A stretch of DNA of 55,858 nucleotides from a virus (Duplodnaviria > Caudoviricetes), in IMG/VR virus record IMGVR_UViG_3300021364_000027, positions 1 to 55,858 of that record; one strand, 5' to 3'. Position 1 is the stretch's first letter. Each line of letters opens with the position of its first letter. A program made the translations under genes and the position numbers. A model generated the notes under the pieces. The model ran no database searches. It saw only the letters and a program-made list of their open reading frames with translations, and was not told the DNA's origin. Shown in pieces: positions 9,747 through 19,139 of this stretch.

Positions 9747-10642
9747 TACTTGCGTCCAATCAACATAAACCTTTTATATCCTGGTAGCTCTAATTCGCCT
9801 TCGTACAAAATTTCAGATAACTTAAATTTCTTTTTCATAGCTTCTACACTTGTGACACAATTAACATGTTCTTCAATATCAAATAAATTATTACTCTGAA
9901 TTGCGATAATAGAGTTTTGTTTAATATTATAAAACCATTGTTCGTCCATATGTTCAGCACTGGTATTAACAATTAAGTCAGGCACAAATTTAGTAGGAAA
10001 AGTTTCTCCTGCTGCATTTGTCAAAGGCACTGTGCAATGATTTAAAAATTGTTCTATGTCTTCAATTTTCATGCACGAACTCTTAACTTTCCAATCTGTA
10101 ATCAAATGATTGTTAATAATTTTATCACTGATATGACATGCTTGCGGATCTTGATCTATTACACGAATTTTATCAAACTCAATATGCTGATCAAAAAATC
10201 TAACTAATTGTCCCATCCATCCAGCATATATTAAAATATTATCAAATTTTGGATTGATTTTTTGTAATTCTTCGATTAACCAAATCTTACTTCTAATTTG
10301 TCCTCTACTAAATGCATCTGCAAGTGCATTCATATCATAACCATTGCGTCCATACTTATGGAAAATATCTAAGATGTCTACATCTGGAAGTCTTTTTCTC
10401 ATTACACTTACAGTTTCAACAAAGTCAATAGGTTCTTGTTCAAGAAGTTTAAAATAAAAATTAAACCGTGATAGTTTTTCGCTTGGATCACCAGAATCTG
10501 CTAAACACAAATTTTTTACACTGTTTGCTTTGTTTTCGCTAAAGTATACGCTAATAAGTTGATCAACAAATAATTTTGAAATAAAATCATCTTCAAAATC
10601 AAAATAATCTTGTAATCCATATAACCAACTAGGTGGTTGCAT
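9746..10642 (-). CDS. Class I SAM-dependent methyltransferase-like protein with N-terminal extension
   Basis: GQIRSKIWL, YAGWMG glycine motif, IDQD, NTSAEHM; paralogue of 26361-26966. Confidence 0.7.
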   Translation of the reverse strand: MQPPSWLYGLQDYFDFEDDFISKLFVDQLISVYFSENKANSVKNLCLADSGDPSEKLSRFNFYFKLLEQEPIDFVETVSVMRKRLPDVDILDIFHKYGRNGYDMNALADAFSRGQIRSKIWLIEELQKINPKFDNILIYAGWMGQLVRFFDQHIEFDKIRVIDQDPQACHISDKIINNHLITDWKVKSSCMKIEDIEQFLNHCTVPLTNAAGETFPTKFVPDLIVNTSAEHMDEQWFYNIKQNSIIAIQSNNLFDIEEHVNCVTSVEAMKKKFKLSEILYEGELELPGYKRFMLIGRK

Positions 10643-12254
10643 TAAATTTCTCCTTTAACCAATCAAAGTCATTGATTTTTCTAAGTGCTTCTATATCGCC
10701 AGAGTGTTTTTCACCATATGCTTTTCCGGCTTTTGCGCCAAGTATAGCATACTCACCATATTTACGTTCTGTGCCAACACTGGTCCATATTGTTAGACGC
10801 TCTTGTGTTTCTGTATCTTTTTGCCTATCAATTACTTTACTACTTAATTTACAGCATTCTCTAAATGCACTTTTCCATGTTTCAAACTCGCCTGTGTTAA
10901 ATCCAGTAATAACACTAAGCTCTCCTACAGCTCTAAACTTATCGCTGATACTTGTTGTCATATCTGGCTTGGTTAAATCCATATCAATTGTTTTTTGTGT
11001 TGGAAATAATTTTACGCCGCCGTATCCATAAATCAAATCATTGATAGGATTAATACTTCTCCACACATGCACTGTATCTTTATCCCATTGCGCACACTGA
11101 TAGTCAAAATTAAATTCTTTTAATATTGTTGCATCACCATCAATAATCCAAAACATTTCAGTATCACAAAGTTTTGCTGCTTCTATATGTGCTTGGTGAA
11201 TGCCTTTAACTCCGTGAACACGTTTACAATGAGGGAAACGTTCTAATACTTTTTTGTAGTTTTTATCCGCATTTGGTTCTTGATAGCTGATAAAAACCAT
11301 ATCATAAGGATTTGGTGTGCTTATAGTAATATCAACTTCCTTTTTGTTGGCAATGAACTTGTATTCAAATTCACGTCTGCTAAATTTTGCATACTTACTG
11401 CATAAGATTATTCCATCGTGATACTTGCCGTTTAGAAAAGCATGATTTATATTTCTGTCAAATGTTTGGTCATGACTGAAATATGTATCAAACTTAAATC
11501 TAGGTGTTGGATTTACATAGTTAGGAATAAACCAAAACATTTCAGTTGGTGAATTTTCTAAAGCATCAAGATATTCTTCATAACATGTAAAGTAATACTT
11601 TTGATACAATGTTGGTCCACTGCCAACAATATCCCATTCTTTTCTGCTTACTAAATGTCTATGTTCTATTTCTTTTTTTGTGACTGGCTTGTGTTTTGAA
11701 CATAGGAATAAGCCATTGTATAGTTTCCTTCCATTAACATCATGTATAAATGCATGGTTTTCTCTCCTGTTGTATGTGTCGTGGTGTGTGAAATATAAAT
11801 CTGGAATATTTGACTTTATGTTTTTTGTATCGACCCAAAACAATTCAGATGATGATGTTTCAAGAGCTTGTAAATATTGTTCATAGGTATCAATGTAAAA
11901 ATGATTGTAAGGCAACGGTTTACTAGCAACTATGTCTACTTTTTTATGCTGCACAAAAAATCTATGTGTAAGTTCTTTATCACTAAAATTTTTATTTTTT
12001 GGCAATAAAAATACACCATCATATGTTTTATCATTTAAAAACACATGAGGCAAATCTTGGCTCCATTCGTCAGGAACATAATCAAAATTAAAACTGTTTT
12101 CAATTTCTATATCATCAAAAACAATCCAAACAAAATTAGTCAAACTGATTTGCTGTGCTTTTTGCACAGTATCAGCTTTTTTTGCTACTAAAACTCTTTT
12201 CTTGAGTTGATTATATTGTTCTTGGTTGTTTCCTACAAACACAATGTCAAACAT
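10629..12254 (-). CDS. Glycosyltransferase-like (GT-A) protein with tandem degenerate repeats
   Basis: C-terminal domain YDMVFISYQEPNA..RVHGVKG..AH..FWIIDGD..YGYGGVK..AFRE is paralogous to 41778-42701; three N-terminal partial copies. Confidence 0.6.
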   Translation of the reverse strand: MFDIVFVGNNQEQYNQLKKRVLVAKKADTVQKAQQISLTNFVWIVFDDIEIENSFNFDYVPDEWSQDLPHVFLNDKTYDGVFLLPKNKNFSDKELTHRFFVQHKKVDIVASKPLPYNHFYIDTYEQYLQALETSSSELFWVDTKNIKSNIPDLYFTHHDTYNRRENHAFIHDVNGRKLYNGLFLCSKHKPVTKKEIEHRHLVSRKEWDIVGSGPTLYQKYYFTCYEEYLDALENSPTEMFWFIPNYVNPTPRFKFDTYFSHDQTFDRNINHAFLNGKYHDGIILCSKYAKFSRREFEYKFIANKKEVDITISTPNPYDMVFISYQEPNADKNYKKVLERFPHCKRVHGVKGIHQAHIEAAKLCDTEMFWIIDGDATILKEFNFDYQCAQWDKDTVHVWRSINPINDLIYGYGGVKLFPTQKTIDMDLTKPDMTTSISDKFRAVGELSVITGFNTGEFETWKSAFRECCKLSSKVIDRQKDTETQERLTIWTSVGTERKYGEYAILGAKAGKAYGEKHSGDIEALRKINDFDWLKEKFNATT

Positions 12255-12259
12255 ACTGT

Positions 12260-12288
12260 ATTATATATGTTCTAAAAAAGTATGTCAA
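12260..12288 (-). promoter_or_regulatory. Perfect sigma70-type promoter TTGACA-N17-TATAAT, likely leaderless
   Basis: Minus strand reads TTGACA tacttttttagaacata TATAAT acagt ATG(12254). Confidence 0.85.
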
Positions 12289-12303
12289 GACCTAATTGAC
12301 CGA

Positions 12304-12320
12304 TAAATATATTATAGGAG
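12304..12320 (+). promoter_or_regulatory. TAAATA late-promoter-like motif plus AGGAG ribosome-binding site
   Basis: gaTAAATAtattatAGGAGacatgctATG(12328). Confidence 0.65.
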
Positions 12321-12327
12321 ACATGCT

Positions 12328-14181
12328 ATGGAAGTATATGAAGGTGGCCAGTATCGCATAGATATTGTAGGTAGTGATAGTTCACTGATTGTTGATAGTA
12401 ATACAGGAACTATTAGAGCAAATATTGCAAATCACGAAGGAGATGTTTTACTTGATCTAGACATTGCCAAAATGTACGGTTCTATACAAGGTAATATTTT
12501 TGATACTGAAAGCAACATAGCATATAATGCTTCAGAGAAAACATTTCATGGAATTTTCGACGGTGCGTTAACAAAAAATGGATTAGTTTTAATAAATCAG
12601 CACAGTTCTAATGTGCCATTAGCAGACGACATTTATGGTCCAGGCAACATTGTTGCATATGATAGACAACAAAACAAATTCTATGGCAACTTTGCAGGCA
12701 ATATTGTCGACAACACAGGTAATGTTTTACTATCAACAGATACAGAGTTTCCAAAACTTGTTGCCGATGTCCAAGGTAATGTCTACGACAATGACGGTGT
12801 TGTAGTGCTCGATGTTGATAACGGTCGTCTAAATAATATTTCATACACAGGTAGTATTCAAAAACAAATCGAACCAGGAACTTATGATTACGCATACAAT
12901 CAAGAAACTGACACATTTAAAGGCAAGTTTTACGGAAACATAATTGACGAATCCCAAAACATTTTAGTAGATGTAGACAATCACAAAATTAATGTTTCAT
13001 TGTATGGACACATTAGAAGTTTGATTAACAACAATATTGTATATAATGCTGATACAGAAACTTTTGCAGGTAATGTATCAGGCGATATTATCGACGAAAC
13101 TGACGATGTAGTTTTAAATCCAGCACTGAGACGTTTAAATTCTAGTGTATACGACAGTAATGGAAATATATTATTAGATTATGAGAACAGAACATTTTAC
13201 GGAACTGTGACCGGAGTAAACGCTAATGTCTTAGATGGTGACATTATCGATGGCACTGACACAATTTTTACAGTTCATAACAGAACATTTTTAGAAGAAA
13301 TTTCTGGTAATTTTGTAGGAAGTTTCAAAGGTAATTTATTAGACGGTGATAATAATTATATCTATGACTATTCTGCTAATAGTTTAAATGCAGGATCTGT
13401 AAATGCTACAACATTAACTGGACACCATGCAGGTACACATTCAGGTAATTACACGCACACAGATGGTGTCTTGTTCGATGCAACACTCAAACACTGGAGT
13501 GGAGTAAGTCTAAACGGTAATATTTTTGCAGATAATGGTTTAGAAGTTTTTGATGCTACAGCAAATACATTGTCTACCCAAACAGTATATGCAGATACAG
13601 TTGTTGCTACAAGTTTAGATCTCGATACCACAGAAATTACAAGAGATGGTATAAATGTTATTGTTGAAAGTGCATTTAGTATGCCAGCACTAACTGGAAA
13701 ATTTTACCGTTCTACTCAGCCAAATATTCCCGATTGGTATCAACAAGGTATTAGGGTAGAAGCTATCGGTGGATCATGGTTAGATCCGGCAGCAGTCTCA
13801 GCAGGAACTAAACTTCCTGCACTAGCATTTAATGCTGCAATTGCCTATGCATATCAAGATGATTCTACTTATGAAAATGATAACGATTTACAATTTGCAA
13901 GTGTTGCAGGTATCTATGCAAAAATTCCCGACGATGCAGTAATAAGCACATCAGCAGGCGAACACAGAGGTTGTCCGGGTGAATTAATATTTGCTACACA
14001 ATCACCTACATATGGTGTAAATTATATGATACTCGATGCTAATGGACAACTTGCAGTTGACTTGAAAGATTTTAAAGTACATGGAGAAACAGGAGTCACA
14101 CCAAGCAACACCAGCACACCAGACAGTTGGCTACAAGCAACTGTCAATGGCGAAACTAGGTTTATCCCGCTTTACAGCTAA
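12328..14181 (+). CDS. Repeat-rich fibre-like virion protein (putative)
   Basis: More than 10 imperfect ~22-26 aa repeats of type F.G.F.G[N/D]I.D..G.[VI]L.D; C-terminal TPDSWLQATVNGETRFIPLY resembles phage fibre termini; late-type promoter. Confidence 0.6.
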   Translation: MEVYEGGQYRIDIVGSDSSLIVDSNTGTIRANIANHEGDVLLDLDIAKMYGSIQGNIFDTESNIAYNASEKTFHGIFDGALTKNGLVLINQHSSNVPLADDIYGPGNIVAYDRQQNKFYGNFAGNIVDNTGNVLLSTDTEFPKLVADVQGNVYDNDGVVVLDVDNGRLNNISYTGSIQKQIEPGTYDYAYNQETDTFKGKFYGNIIDESQNILVDVDNHKINVSLYGHIRSLINNNIVYNADTETFAGNVSGDIIDETDDVVLNPALRRLNSSVYDSNGNILLDYENRTFYGTVTGVNANVLDGDIIDGTDTIFTVHNRTFLEEISGNFVGSFKGNLLDGDNNYIYDYSANSLNAGSVNATTLTGHHAGTHSGNYTHTDGVLFDATLKHWSGVSLNGNIFADNGLEVFDATANTLSTQTVYADTVVATSLDLDTTEITRDGINVIVESAFSMPALTGKFYRSTQPNIPDWYQQGIRVEAIGGSWLDPAAVSAGTKLPALAFNAAIAYAYQDDSTYENDNDLQFASVAGIYAKIPDDAVISTSAGEHRGCPGELIFATQSPTYGVNYMILDANGQLAVDLKDFKVHGETGVTPSNTSTPDSWLQATVNGETRFIPLYS

Positions 14182-14849
14182 TGTTTGAATACTACTATAA
14201 CACAGTGCCAGGCAAAGGCCTGTGTAGAAACAATCTTGTATATACAAGCAAGATAGATAGACAAAATAATCTATTTAGTGTGCATTATACAGTAGACCAA
14301 ACCTATCATAAAAATGAGTGTTTACCTCAAGCAGTACTCAACGAAAAATGGCGTAGAGAATTTAAGTATACTTTAGAAGCACCTCACACACTTGACGTTA
14401 AAGAACTTGATAGTATTAAACGTAGAATAATTTTCAATATCCAAGGTGATGATTTTTGGCAACTTGCTGATTGCGACTGGCGTAATTTTGATAAAATACT
14501 GCCAGACTGGCAAGAACAAATGCTTACTATATTACAAGATTATAGAAACAAAGGCATATGGAAATACAGTCTGCATCCAAGCAGTTTTTTTATCATAGAC
14601 GATCAACTAAGAACTGTAAATCATTTCTTTTGCTACAGCGACGACGAACCTGAGGTAAGTATAGAAAGTGTACTTGATCATATTAGCAAAGATAGACAAG
14701 CAAAACTTTTTGAATATTTAGATACTCATGGAATAGATCCAAGAAAAACTTTTTCTTTTAAGTTTTACGGAGGTGTAGTATTGGATAACTTTAACAGTGA
14801 CTATCCTAAAGAATTTATAGAAGCAGCAAAGAAAATTTATCTGGCATAG
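14181..14849 (+). CDS. Hypothetical protein, possible degenerate protein-kinase-like fold
   Basis: GIWKYSLHPSSFFIIDDQLRTVNHF follows the spacing of the kinase catalytic loop and DFG segment, but without the canonical Asp/Asn. Confidence 0.35.
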   Translation: MFEYYYNTVPGKGLCRNNLVYTSKIDRQNNLFSVHYTVDQTYHKNECLPQAVLNEKWRREFKYTLEAPHTLDVKELDSIKRRIIFNIQGDDFWQLADCDWRNFDKILPDWQEQMLTILQDYRNKGIWKYSLHPSSFFIIDDQLRTVNHFFCYSDDEPEVSIESVLDHISKDRQAKLFEYLDTHGIDPRKTFSFKFYGGVVLDNFNSDYPKEFIEAAKKIYLA

Positions 14850-15471
14850 CATCACGCAAATGTTGAATCCAAAAAGCATTCGTTTTAAATTTTACACCAG
14901 TTGACGTGATTGCAAAATCGTTCATTGCTCCTCTACTGTTAATTTCATTTAGCAATGGAGAAATATACTTGTCAAAAATAAATCTCGGATTATCTCCTCC
15001 TGCGATAATTTCTACAGCGTCCGTGACCCAGTCAGCTCTCTTTAACAAACATCTAACTACTAATTGATATCTTGGATATTGACCAAAGTTAGCAGCACTG
15101 TGATTACGTCCAGCATCCATTAAATAGTACTTGCCGTCGGGTTTTAAAGGAAACATATGATTGTTGTGTAAATCAAGAAGTGCTGCTGTATCTCCTGATA
15201 AATTCAAATGATATCTGTTGTCAATATCGCTGTGTAGTTGATAGCATGTGCCGCACTCTTGCCTAATAATACGTGCTTCTCCAATGTCTGGTAAGACACT
15301 TAGCAATTCCTCAAACACAGTACCTCGGTAGTGTGGACTTATTTTCCAAGGATCATAGAAAAAATCTCCAGTGGGCATATTAAGCACATTTTTACCTGTC
15401 CAGTCTTTGCACAATTCTGCTGCTTTTTGAATTAATTTTAAGTCTATACTGTAATCAGTGTTGCTAATCAT
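14815..15471 (-). CDS. Asp/Asn beta-hydroxylase-like Fe(II)/2OG oxygenase
   Basis: EARII..CYQLHSDIDNRYHL..MDAGRNHSAANFG..RYQLV (HxD...H triad). Confidence 0.7.
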   Translation of the reverse strand: MISNTDYSIDLKLIQKAAELCKDWTGKNVLNMPTGDFFYDPWKISPHYRGTVFEELLSVLPDIGEARIIRQECGTCYQLHSDIDNRYHLNLSGDTAALLDLHNNHMFPLKPDGKYYLMDAGRNHSAANFGQYPRYQLVVRCLLKRADWVTDAVEIIAGGDNPRFIFDKYISPLLNEINSRGAMNDFAITSTGVKFKTNAFWIQHLRDAMPDKFSLLLL

Positions 15472-15475
15472 ACAG

Positions 15476-15492
15476 TATTTAACGTATAAGTA
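15476..15492. promoter_or_regulatory. Back-to-back late-type motifs in a 26-bp divergent gap
   Basis: Minus: TAAATA-ctgt-ATG(15471). Plus: TAAGTA-tttgt-ATG(15498). Confidence 0.6.
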
Positions 15493-15497
15493 TTTGT

Positions 15498-16304
15498 ATG
15501 ATACGTGGTTTCGAAAACTTACCCTACATCGATTTAGATCCTTTTTTAGACATTGAAGGATTCAAAAATTTAAATGCTGAGATTTGTCGAGGCATGGCTC
15601 AAGCAAGACCGTTTGCCAAAGAAGGCACATGGATGCCAGCAGGTTTTGACTTAAAAGACATGAGCTATATTGGCAATTGGAAGCCTGTGTACAAAGCCTT
15701 TGAAGAATACCAAGCACTAGAAGCAGATAATCCTATACGCATAGAAGGCGATAAAATTTTTCCTACAGACTTTACAAACTATGCTGAACGTAATCAATTT
15801 GTTAGATATTTGAAAAGTGCTATGGGCGCACATGATCCGTACATATACTATGTATTACAAGAAGAAGGCACTAATATGAAAGATAGAGGTGCTGAACAAA
15901 GAGCAGCCACAGAAGAAAGTACTTACTTTCCAGGTGTTATGAGTTGGATAGCAGATCTACAGAAAAAATCAATTGTAGAACACGTAGGTAGAGTAATGTT
16001 TTTTGTAAGTGAAGCAAGTAGTAGACCTTTTGAGCATAGAGATTTAGATCCAGAAGTCAAAGACTACACTGATCACAATATTGAATTTATTCATATACGA
16101 CCAAACACCAAGCGTGGCTTTTATATTTGGGATCCAGAGCACAAACGCAAGCATTATGTAAATTCTCATGCTTGTTTTTTCAATGACCAAGACTGGCATG
16201 GTGGTGAATTTTCTATGGAACAAGAATATGGACTGCGTATTGATTGTAAATTTACTCAAGAATTCAAAAAACGCATAGGAATAGGACACTTGACACATTA
16301 CTAA
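15498..16304 (+). CDS. Putative Fe(II)/2OG oxygenase-like protein
   Basis: GRVMFF..FEHRD..FFNDQDWHGG..LRID fits an HxD...H...R jelly-roll pattern. Confidence 0.5.
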   Translation: MIRGFENLPYIDLDPFLDIEGFKNLNAEICRGMAQARPFAKEGTWMPAGFDLKDMSYIGNWKPVYKAFEEYQALEADNPIRIEGDKIFPTDFTNYAERNQFVRYLKSAMGAHDPYIYYVLQEEGTNMKDRGAEQRAATEESTYFPGVMSWIADLQKKSIVEHVGRVMFFVSEASSRPFEHRDLDPEVKDYTDHNIEFIHIRPNTKRGFYIWDPEHKRKHYVNSHACFFNDQDWHGGEFSMEQEYGLRIDCKFTQEFKKRIGIGHLTHY

Positions 16305-16317
16305 AATGTGTTATAAT
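16290..16317 (+). promoter_or_regulatory. Sigma70-type promoter TTGACA-N16-TATAAT with extended -10, likely leaderless
   Basis: TTGACA cattactaaaatgTGt TATAAT ttaat ATG(16323). Confidence 0.8.
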
Positions 16318-16322
16318 TTAAT

Positions 16323-17018
16323 ATGGTAATCGACAGAGTTTACATCCCTCTTAAAAAAGAATGGAAACGTATTGGCATCAGTCTAAGTGGCGGTGCTGAC
16401 AGTGCTTTATTGGCTTACTTTGTGTTGAGCAACACAAATGCTGATATTTACTTTACTACACAGGTGCGTATGTGGAAAACACGCCCCTGGCAACGTTGGA
16501 TTGCTAGAGATGTGGTAAGTTGGTTCCGTGAAAAGTTCCATAATCGCATTGAACACATCGAAGGGTTTATACCACCAGAGATGGAAGAGCCAAACACAAC
16601 ACACATAATAGACGAGTACGGTCAAAGCAAGCCTGGCAATAGAATTATACTGCGAGCACACAATGAATACATTGCACATCTACACAACCTAGATGCATGG
16701 TATGCTGCTGTGACTCTAAATCCTAATGAAAAGTTTGAAGGTGCTCCTGAGGATAGAGAATATGCCAGGCTTCCTGCTGAAACAGAGCATATGGGTGTGA
16801 CAGTATGTCATCCATTCAGTATGGTTCGTAAAAATTGGATTATAAAACAATATGTTGATAACGAAATCGGTGAACTATTAGAAATTACACGTAGTTGTGA
16901 GGGAGAATTTGAAGGGCTAGACTATACAACTTACAAACCTTATCAACCTGTGCCATACTGTAATGAGTGTTTTTGGTGTAAAGAACGTGAATGGGGTATA
17001 GAAAATGCACACAAGTAA
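16323..17018 (+). CDS. QueC-like PP-loop ATPase (adenine nucleotide alpha hydrolase)
   Basis: ISLSGGADSA PP-loop and C-terminal TRSC..CNECFWCKER Zn motif. Confidence 0.75.
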   Translation: MVIDRVYIPLKKEWKRIGISLSGGADSALLAYFVLSNTNADIYFTTQVRMWKTRPWQRWIARDVVSWFREKFHNRIEHIEGFIPPEMEEPNTTHIIDEYGQSKPGNRIILRAHNEYIAHLHNLDAWYAAVTLNPNEKFEGAPEDREYARLPAETEHMGVTVCHPFSMVRKNWIIKQYVDNEIGELLEITRSCEGEFEGLDYTTYKPYQPVPYCNECFWCKEREWGIENAHK

Positions 17019-18255
17019 AACTTTTTGTTTGCACCCTTTTACAGGTCTTGCTACTAGAGAAGATGGTGCAATCAAAGTGTGCTGTCGTAGTCAGCCTATT
17101 GGTTGGATACAGGATGAAACATTGGAAAGTGCATGGAATAATAAAAACATGCGTAGAGTGCGTGAACAAGTGCTTAACAATGAAATACCAGCAGAATGCG
17201 TACCTTGCTTTGATTTAGAAGCACAAGGCGTAGAAAGTTTAAGGCAAAGACACATACGTGATAGTTTTCCTGATGCACGTATAAACTTGTATCCAGATGC
17301 ATTAGATAAATTAGCAGACGATTATAGTATGCCGTTTGAATTTCCTACTATCGAAATCAAAATAAACAACTTGTGTAATCTTAAATGTCGTATGTGCAAT
17401 CCGTTGGACAGCACACAGTGGAAAGATTGGGAACAAGTAGAACAGTTTTATGAGGAAGAAGGCAATTACTTAGTAGATGCTGTGCGCAAACTAGGACTAA
17501 CACGAGCACCATACATTGGTTTGTTTGAGGATAGTGCAGAGTTTTGGGATAATTTAGAAAAGTTGCTGCCATATTTCCGCAGAGTTGAGTTTGCTGGTGG
17601 TGAGCCACTGATGGATCCTAGTCACTATCGCATTTTAGATATGTTAGCACCATACGGTGAAAACATTGAAATAAAGTATGCTACAAATGGCACTGTGACG
17701 GGTATAAAGGGCGGAAGGACCATACACGACTATTGGCCTAAGTTTAAGAACGTGGTTGTAAATGTAAGCATAGACGGGCTACACGGTGTGTATGAATACA
17801 TTAGAGGCAATGGTAAGTTTGAAGAAGTGGAAGAAAATATCAAAATCTTTAAGAGCTTTCCTAATGTAAAATATGTTGTAGGTGCTTGTACTGTACAAGT
17901 AGGCAATGTTATGCAACTACCGGACATTATAGATTACTTTTTAAATACCATGGGCATTGTATTTTATTCACACAGAGTAAATTATCCAAATGTGTTGAGT
18001 GCTCAATGTTTGCCCGTTGAATACAAAGAAAATGTTATTAACCAATTGACTGCAATGAAAGAAACTGTTGTAAATTATCCAGTAATGAAATTAGATAAAA
18101 GATTGCTTCCTATTACTTTACAACAAATACAAGACAATATTAATTTTTTACAAGCCCGTGATTTAAGCACCAAATGGGCAGATACATTAGCGTTTAATCA
18201 TAAATTAGATGCTAGTAGAAATCAAGGACCATTTGAAAAAATATGTTTAGTGTAG
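17005..18255 (+). CDS. Radical SAM protein (clade A)
   Basis: FCLHPF..DGAIKVCC..CVPC, CNLKCRMC, FAGGEPL, SIDG..YEYIR. Confidence 0.9.
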   Translation: MHTSKTFCLHPFTGLATREDGAIKVCCRSQPIGWIQDETLESAWNNKNMRRVREQVLNNEIPAECVPCFDLEAQGVESLRQRHIRDSFPDARINLYPDALDKLADDYSMPFEFPTIEIKINNLCNLKCRMCNPLDSTQWKDWEQVEQFYEEEGNYLVDAVRKLGLTRAPYIGLFEDSAEFWDNLEKLLPYFRRVEFAGGEPLMDPSHYRILDMLAPYGENIEIKYATNGTVTGIKGGRTIHDYWPKFKNVVVNVSIDGLHGVYEYIRGNGKFEEVEENIKIFKSFPNVKYVVGACTVQVGNVMQLPDIIDYFLNTMGIVFYSHRVNYPNVLSAQCLPVEYKENVINQLTAMKETVVNYPVMKLDKRLLPITLQQIQDNINFLQARDLSTKWADTLAFNHKLDASRNQGPFEKICLV

Positions 18256-19139
18256 AAAACAGATGGCCACACTACAAAGATAGTGTAAAAGTAGAATGGA
18301 ATCTAGGCAAACGTTGTAATCTAGACTGTTCATACTGCCCACCTGAAATACACGACCAACATAGTCCGCACACAAACATAGGAAAACTTTTTAACACTGT
18401 AGATACACTTTCAAAAATTGACAACGTGAGGATTAGTTTTACCGGAGGTGAACCATGTGTACATCCTCAATTCGAACAGCTGGTAGAATATGCTAGACCA
18501 AAAATCAAATGGCTAAGTGTGACTACAAACGCAACAAGAAAGGCAGACTTCTATTTAAATTTGCGTGTCAATTACATTGTTTTTAGTTTACATTTTGAAG
18601 ATGTTGACTGGCGAAGTAGACTTAACAATATAATCTATCTAGCTGGCACACTAAATGGAACAAAATTTCCAAAAGATTATCATGTAATGATAATGGCTCA
18701 TCACGATTATATGAAAGAAGTTAAATTAGCAACAAGATGGCTAATTGAACACAATATTGCTTTTAGTATTAGACGTATACGCTGGACTGAAAGACATGAT
18801 TGGTTTGATGATATGAGATACCAAGCAGAAGATTTGGAGTGGATTAAAAGTACAGATACAACAGCTAAACCAAATACACTTGTAGATAGCAAAGAGTTGC
18901 TACACACAAACGATATACTAAAAAATAATCTCAATAACTTCAAAGGCTGGCAGTGTAGAGCAGGTATAGAAAGTTTAATGATAAATTGGGACGGAGAAGT
19001 ACACAGAGCAACCTGCCGAGTTGGTGGTAGTTTAGGAAATATATACGAAGGTAGTTTTCAAAGGCCAGATATACCAGTAATATGTTCAAGAGAATGGTGT
19101 ACTTGTGCTGCTGATGTAAATATAACAAAATGGAAGTAG
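18243..19139 (+). CDS. Radical SAM protein (clade C)
   Basis: WNLGKRCNLDCSYC, TGGEP, FKGWQCRAG, CSREWCTCAAD. Confidence 0.9.
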   Translation: MFSVENRWPHYKDSVKVEWNLGKRCNLDCSYCPPEIHDQHSPHTNIGKLFNTVDTLSKIDNVRISFTGGEPCVHPQFEQLVEYARPKIKWLSVTTNATRKADFYLNLRVNYIVFSLHFEDVDWRSRLNNIIYLAGTLNGTKFPKDYHVMIMAHHDYMKEVKLATRWLIEHNIAFSIRRIRWTERHDWFDDMRYQAEDLEWIKSTDTTAKPNTLVDSKELLHTNDILKNNLNNFKGWQCRAGIESLMINWDGEVHRATCRVGGSLGNIYEGSFQRPDIPVICSREWCTCAADVNITKWK

